Shown piece by piece: positions 57,052 to 64,000 of a DNA stretch of 64,000 nt. Below the pieces are notes generated by a model, which was not told where the DNA came from, did no database searches, and was given only the letters and a program-made list of their open reading frames with translations. The DNA comes from Zygnema circumcarinatum SAG 698-1b (taxonomy: Eukaryota; Plantae; Zygnematophyceae). Where the stretch lies: contig CM074805.1 in assembly GCA_037447605.1 (NCBI GenBank), positions 2,513,361-2,577,360 on the forward strand, given 5' to 3'. Made by a program: the position numbers and the translations under genes. Numbering within the stretch: the first letter of the stretch is position 1; each line of letters opens with the position of its first letter.

Positions 57052-59575
57052 ATGGCGGAGGAGAACCCATCGCAGTATGTGAAGTTGCGGCTTGAAAACA
57101 TCACAGCGCAGCCTGAGACCGCGGAGCCTGGCGACCTGCATCAGCCCATCGAAGTGCCACAGGTATGAATGGCAGGAATGACTTCGATCTGCAAAAGTCA
57201 GAAATGCAGAACAGCACATTGGCTGAATTGGATCATTCTTCCACAATACTGATCGGTAGTGTGTTAGGCGTTCGTGGAAATAGTGTTTTTTTTTTTTTGC
57301 TCTATAGTGAAGATCCAGTTCCAGGAATCCTAGTCTTGTGTCCAGAGAGTCCATGCCGCTTTTTTCTGTCTTGTATCCGCTTATCGATCTGCCAAGGGCA
57401 AGTAGTTTTTTTATTATTGGAAATACAGCTGATGGAATTCATGTCATCTGCTACACAACATCAACGAGGAATGTTATTCTGACGGAACAGTATAGCAACT
57501 TCATTCCTATTCGACGACGATATGATTATCTTGTTACTCCTCTTGCAGTCCTAGATTCAACTGAGGGAGTCACTGCAGGCCAGTTGCTCGGCAGATACGT
57601 GCTATTGTGATTCACATAACTTTGTTGAATGGATAACATCACAGTGAATTCTCGCTACCTTAGCAACGTCAATCGAAAAAATGTACCAAGTTAGAGAGGT
57701 TACTAAATGGCAAATCGAAGTTGCACACTGCAGAAGACGAAGAACCTAGAAAAACATCTGTAAATTATAAGTTCGAGAGTTAATGACTATGAAGAGGAGA
57801 GTTGGTAATGCATTGAAGGATCTTGAGTAGATCTGAGGGCAACAATTTGCATGTAATAGATTTAGGTACACCAGTTAGACTTGTCTATAAACCACACAGC
57901 TACTTGTACTAGGCAGGAAATTAATCAATGGCTGCGTGATTTAGGAAAATTTCTTCAATTTTCCCAAGAAGTTGAAGAATTGAACATTCCAGTTCAAATT
58001 CACGCTCTGGTAGCAGATTGAGGTGCACGACGGAATTCACTCATGTTTGGAATAGCAATCAACATTGTTGATGTTTTGTTTATTACTTCTGGGTTTCCTG
58101 CTCTACCCTGTAGAACTGTCTTGTATTTTGGTGCCTTTTAGAACCTCATTCACGAACTCAATGCAACTTTGGATTGGCTAGGACGTAATGTTATCCTTTG
58201 TGTTGAATGCTGGTTTTTATTTGCTTGACAGCTCAATCTTCCCCGTTGTATAGAGTGTGGGCAAGTACTTCCTCAGGCGTACGAACCCCCTGCCAATGAG
58301 CCATGGACAACTGGCATTTTCGGCTGCGCAGATGATACGTCAAGCTGTACGTTTTTCGACCTTCCTCAATCTCAAATATTGTCCAGCACGTTGACTTGAG
58401 GACATCTGTTTTTCCTGCAAATCTTGTCCTGATATAGACAGACTATCACCGTAAGTTGCATAGCAAGGAACTACTGAATCTTTTGACGCCGTTTGCTTTT
58501 ATTCTTGAGAAGATTGCTCAGCGATGGTAGATTTGAACAAGTTCTAGCAACATTGAGTCAGATTGTCTAGGAGCTGTCTCCCTGCTGCTGCCTTCATGTC
58601 AATTTCCAGTTAAGATCTAACATTTCTTAATTGATGCTAAGCCTTTCCTTCTTTTCATGTGCAGCTCCTTTTCATAACTTTTTTTCTTCTTTCTTCATTT
58701 ACGAGTGCAAATTTCCAGCATAAAACTTAGAAGATTGAGCACAAACTTGGAATCGCAAACCAATTGATTTCGATCCTCTGCTTCCCCGTCACTCGGCTGA
58801 CTGAAGTCTCACATTACAAGTCTTGTTGTGGTGACTTTATGCAGGTTGGAAGGGCCTTTTCTGTCCTTGCATCCTCTTCGGGCAAAATGTGGAGGATTTG
58901 AAGGATATTCCCTGGTCAACCCCCTGCATCATGCATGCAGTCTTTATAGAGGGAGGGATAGCGGTGGCTGTTGCGACATCCATTTTATCGAGTACGCTTG
59001 ACGCCAGCACCACGTTTTGCCTAGTGGAGGGCCTCATTTTCTCATGGTGGATGTGTGGAATCTACACTGGATTGTTCCGGCAAGAGCTACAGAGGAAGTA
59101 TCATCTCAAGGTAATTTACCCTTCTATCGACCAAAGATTCCAGCAGATCCTACTACATCGTTCTTTCTGGTTCTAGCTCATTTAAATGTACAGTAGAAAT
59201 TTCGACATAGTCATACCCGAGGCTCTGTGAATTATGGTGGAGACAAAATCTCTGGCTTTGATTTGCAGCCTTTTTCTTGGCCATGAGACTCTCTCGTTTA
59301 TATGGGACTGATCAGCTTACGAGTATGGATTCTGGCAGGTGTTGTCATGCTATTTCATGACTATTGTCTTGATTTGAATTCGTTTTTTTGCTCCCTTTCG
59401 TGTGCAGAATTCTCCCTGCGACCCGTGCTGCGTCCACTGCCTCCTGCATTGGTGCGCCCTTTGCCAGGAGCACCGCGAAATGAAGGCGCGCCTCATGGAG
59501 GAGCCGGTGCCCATGACGGTCATCAACCCGCCTGCTGCCCAGGAGATGGAGGGAGGGACCGGCAGCAGCAAGTGA
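57052..59575 (+). CDS. PLAC8-family cysteine-rich protein (cell number regulator 6 / PCR10-like)
   Basis: Exons 57052-57162, 58232-58346, 58845-59110 and 59408-59575. They give QYVKL..PGDLHQPIEVPQLNLPRCIECGQVLP..EPWTTGIFGC..GLFCPCILFG..WWMCGIYTGLFRQELQRKYHLKNSPCDPCCVHCLLHWCALCQEHREMK..MTVINPPAAQEM. Confidence 0.95.
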
Positions 59576-59756
59576 AGTGAAGCGAAGTGAAATGAAGACG
59601 TTTCCTTTCTCAGATCCCGGCTGTGAGGCTCAGGAGATCTTCTCTAGCAGGTCAGAACTGGCCGTCGCGGCGTCCAACTGCTGGAGGTACCTCTCTGCAT
59701 CCGATGGCAGTAGGGATGATCGATGCCATCTACTTCCTCCCTATCGTCTTGTATAA

Positions 59757-59848
59757 CCTCTCTCTCTCCCTCTCTCTTTCCCTGTCTTTCCCCCTTCCCC
59801 TTCCCCTCCCCCTCCCTCTCCCCCTCTCCCTCTCGCTCTCGCTCTGCC
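59757..59848. repeat. CT-rich low-complexity tract downstream of the PLAC8 gene
   Basis: Visible CT/CCCCTT-type repeats. Confidence 0.85.
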
Positions 59849-60956
59849 TCTCGAGATATCTGGTGGTGTGATGGACGGGCCAACGTCGATGCTAGTGGTT
59901 ACCATTTCAGTAGCCGTGTCGTTGTTCGGTAGGACCGAAAGTGCACTTGAATTTTCAGCCTATGCGTTTTATGTTCGGAGTGTTGCCCTATTGAAAGTAA
60001 ACGTTTGAAGTAATGTGCATCATGAGGATGGATTCATGCCATTCATGCCCCTTGATGTCAACGTGCCATGCATGCATGTATGAAAGTGCTTTAAAAGTCT
60101 ACAAGTGAAAGTCATCAAGTCTTTTTTGAAGTTAAAAGTCATGCTTGTTAGATTGTTAGGCATCAGTGTTTCTATTGTGTGAATTTTGTACACCCAGGTG
60201 CGGAACCATCGCGTGCTGCTCAATTTGCTTGTGTATCCATAAAAATGGCTACACTTAAACTCGTAACTGTACATAGCCTGCTTACAGAGGCTCTTAAAGT
60301 CGATCTTCCCTCCCTAAAAATTTCTACTAAACAACAAACCCTCCGAAAACTTCACGACGCTGACAATGTCAGAAAAGGTCGTATAAGTAAGGACACCTGC
60401 TATGGTACACTGCTGGTAAGGCAAAATTTCTGACAGGACGACTTCTGGTCCTTGTCCTAGGTTGGCCAAGGGACAACTGCCTTCTTCCTGTGTGTGCGTG
60501 TGTGAGAGAGAGAGAGAGCGCGCGAGAAAGAGAGAAAAAGAAGAGAAATGAAAGATGATTCTCAAGCTAATCCGTCTCTAAAGCCCTATTACCATAAAAA
60601 GGTAGATTCCTCCGCCGGTTGTCGCTGCGGTGTTTGTTTCTCCCGTGAATAACTTCTCTCTGTCTCCCTCCTTCCTCGCTCCTCCCACTATCCCAATATG
60701 TGTTACAAACATCGTTCTGTACATTGGTCTCTTTTTCTCATACCGTATTTCCTTTTACACACTGGTTACCAATGCAACCCCAACCGCACTTTGCAGCCCG
60801 CCAGGCGTTTTTAAGTGATTCGACGCCCCCTGGCATAACAGTAGAGATACCTCCACGAATCCACGACCCAAAGCTCCTTTACGGTCGAAAATTCCTCCCT
60901 GAAATGGATCCCTGAGGAGTGAGGACCCTTAATGCTATTTTCACATAGATACCGAA

Positions 60957-63706
60957 TCACCCTTCGTCAGAACACGTCTCTCGGAGCCTACTGTGCGAAG
61001 TGCCGTCGCCGGGGCCCTTCCTCTTTCTGTTGAACTTGCCATTGATACTAACGCTGACCTCGTCGCCTTGAAGGTCGCGGCTAACCTCGCTCCCAGTTTC
61101 CTCCGCCACCCATTCCCCGGAGCTTGAGAGCTGCGACAGCGCCTCTTCATACTTTTCCTCTTGCATCAACTTCGTTAGGTTCAATCTTTTTTCGAGATAG
61201 ATGGCCATTCTTCCGCTTCCACTTCTGCTACCGCACAGACTTTCCTCCGATCCTCCTCCATTTACCTCCGCTGCATAGTGGACGCCTGATTGCGTACTTC
61301 CCATCATATCCTCGTCGGCAGCCTGTCTTGCCCCCGGCATAGCTCCTTTGGCAGTCTCCAACAGCCCTCGAAAAATAGTTCCAACACTTTCAGGGGAACT
61401 GATCACTCCCCCCGTCGGCGCTTCTCCCCACTCCCCGAGTAACTCCCCACTACCGTCCGAGTCTGCGTCATTGATTTCTGCGACTGAATAAGTATCTTCC
61501 GCCACTTCAATCTCTTCGTCATTTTGGACTCTCCACGGGTATCTGCTCGTGAGGTCATGATCCTCTGCACACGCTTTCCCATCATCCACAGGCTCCAATC
61601 GTCCGTCCCTACAAGAATTCTCTTCAGTGGAGTCGCGTCTTGAACGACAATCACTCCTGTCAGTGCTCGATCCTCTCCTTTCTGGTTCAATTCCCAGAGT
61701 TTGACCTGACGATAATGGAGCTTCAAATTTTCCACATTTCTCGCTCTCGATTACGCATACCTGTGCTGCCTTTTCAGGCCTATTAGCTGTCAGAACTGAT
61801 GGACAAGAGCTCCGCTCTTCCTTATTCCGTAAAGCATGTTGTGAAGCGCCCTCCACTGGCCCATGCATTTCTCCTAAACCGCTAGTTTCGGGTTCATCGC
61901 TCGACTTACCTCCCAACACTGTTTCACTACCCTTTGAGACCCATTCAACTAATGGTGGAACATCGCAAGCGACACTGCTTAAACAGGTACAATCTCCGAA
62001 ACTCGTTTGGGTCCTTTGAGTGGTGGAACAAGACCCATTTTGATAATGTCGGCATAAATATGATCCCTCCTGACAATCCGAGAGCATTCTCAACACCTGC
62101 AATGAGGCCCCATTCATTGTTGAGTGAAACACCAACGGAAGGCTTCAAAAAATGGGTGCTGATGAAAGAAATGTTATCAGCTTTCATTTAGGCATTTAGT
62201 CAACGCACACTATTGTGTGTGCATGCAAGCGATCTGCATTAAGAAGGTCGCTTTCCATTCTTCGGTTGCAGAGCATCGGTTGGTCAAGGCTTTGTACAAT
62301 AATTCTGGCCAAGTCTGAAGAAGTCATCCAATATGAAACGGGATACTTCCTGATTCGTAGAATTAGATCATCAGGAACGTCTTTCACTTGTAATCTGAAC
62401 GACCAAGTTAAGGTGAGACTCAGAAAAGGCAAAGGAAGGGTTGGTGAGGCATACTTGTTCCATAGCAGGCCGCCTGTGTGCAGTTGGCTGTATACAACAG
62501 AGTGCGCAATTCCACATTCTTTCAGCTCCATCTGCACTAAAGTTGCCATATAGTCTCACGTCCACGAGTGTTCTTGGATCAGCGTTTTCATTCTGTTTTT
62601 GCCAAGCCTGCATGTTAATAGTCACCACCGGAAAATAAGTCAGAATGTGCTAGATGCTGGAATCTTGCATCGGTGACTCGAAAAAACAGTTAATTGACAT
62701 GGCTCGATTCTAAATCAAATTGTCTAATTTTAATGTTCGTTCTGTTGATACGTCTTGTTACTAGTACTTGTTGGCCAGTCATAAATTTTCCTGACTACTC
62801 TTGTTCGACAGCTTCTACAGCTGATACGTTTTACGATTTGAGGCCACCATGTACTCACCCACTCAACCACATTAACAAGCGTTCCGTCGTTGCGGTTCTG
62901 CTCAATTGGCTTCCGAGCCGTCAGGAGTTCCAAGAGGACCACTCCAAAGCTGCAGGATGATGCAAAGGTGGCAGAAGATGAGACATTCGAAGGCGCCAAG
63001 CATCACTTTAGTAATAAGAGATGAAGCTCCTCGGCTGTTGGGTATGTAAGCAGCGACAAGCCTTTTCAAGTCACATCAGTGAGAAGTAACAGAGACCCCA
63101 GGCAGTGTCCTCTATTGAGGACCTAGTAAGGCAGTCCAATTTGTCAGTCCAATTTGAGGTTGGGGGCAACAAGTAGAATGACTCACAGTGAAAGAACCAT
63201 ACGGCGAGTTAAGTGGAATTACCTATATACGTCGCTTTTCTCTGTTAGCTGGCCCGAAAAGGCGTAGTCTGGAGCCAGGTAACCAAACGTTCCCATCACT
63301 CTCGTCGATACATGGTCCACTTCGTCTTTCACCAGCCTCGCAAGACCGAAGTCTGCTACCTGCGATGGAGGTTTGTTACAAGACCTTAAGCCCTTCGTTT
63401 ATTAAAAACAACACTTTAAGTACACTACCTTGCCGTACCTGGTAAGTGACTGAATGTTTTTGAAACAACATCACTTCCGTAGTTCCTTCCTTACTATCTC
63501 CTTTCATCGTTTTCGTGGATGAGTCAGTCGAACACACTTCTTGTTGCTATAGGTCATAATGAAATAGCCAGCATCATTTCGTCGTCAACACTCAAGCGTC
63601 CACATCAGAAAATTACCTTTGCATTAAAATCTTCATCTAGCAAGATATTCATGGCCTTGATATCGCGATGAAGGATTTTTGGAGAGCAGTCATTGTGGAG
63701 ATAAGC
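60957..63706 (-). CDS. Receptor-like (Pelle/RLK, PERK-like) Ser/Thr kinase, 3' part only; N-terminus lies beyond the window end
   Basis: Exons 63706-63617 ([24 protein letters not shown]), 63359-63223 ([40 protein letters not shown]), 62949-62859 ([15 protein letters not shown]), 62607-62455 (LVDVRL..CALCCIQ..RRPAMEQ) and 62096-60957 (VLRML plus a long tail) splice in frame. Confidence 0.92.
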
Positions 63707-64000
63707 CTGAAGCGCAAGTTCAAGAACACGGGCGATTAGAGGGTTTGGTGATGAGTTATAGCCACGTCTAAGAAAAGGCAAGGAGAACTATGTATAATCC
63801 TATAGAAAGCTTATGCTAACTTACAAGATAAATCAAGCTACTACGACGGTTCATCAAAAGAGTCTAAGTCATCCATGTCAGCTTTAATTGACTTTATTAA
63901 AATATGTGATACATGAGAAAAGGTGCATCAATGGCTGGTATTAGCAAGATTGAAATCATTTGGCTACCTAATCGCTTTCGCATTCTCACCAGACCGCGTG

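Overview
Gene-dense eukaryotic nuclear DNA with many spliceosomal introns. The gene content (MORN-type PIP5K, CNR/PLAC8, PERK-like kinase, a cyanobacterial-type plastid protein) points to a streptophyte, most likely a charophyte-grade green alga; the taxon is an inference. Ten protein-coding loci were reconstructed by hand from splice sites and recalled family motifs: PIP5K (-, 3' partial), SKI3/TTC37 (+), a cyanobacterial-type plastid membrane protein (-), a MIF4G-like/WD40 protein (+), CDT1 (-), MCRS1/MSP58 (+), an orphan two-exon ORF (-), PARN (+), a PLAC8/CNR protein (+) and a PERK-like kinase (-, 5' partial). The first eight form four consecutive head-to-head pairs. Non-genic features include a Ty1/copia LTR-PBS-gag remnant with a fold-back duplication, a nested direct/inverted repeat, a dispersed 40-bp repeat, long microsatellites and a 10-N gap. 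I found no prokaryote-style operon, CRISPR array or credible structural RNA gene, and no single clearly novel system. The best leads are a near-canonical PIP degron on CDT1, the full N-terminal arm of SKI3, an animal-like PARN with a possible organellar presequence, two poorly characterised proteins, the orphan gene with its repeat-rich upstream region, and the fold-back copia relic. All family calls come from memory of motifs, not database searches; exon boundaries are manual and some are uncertain.
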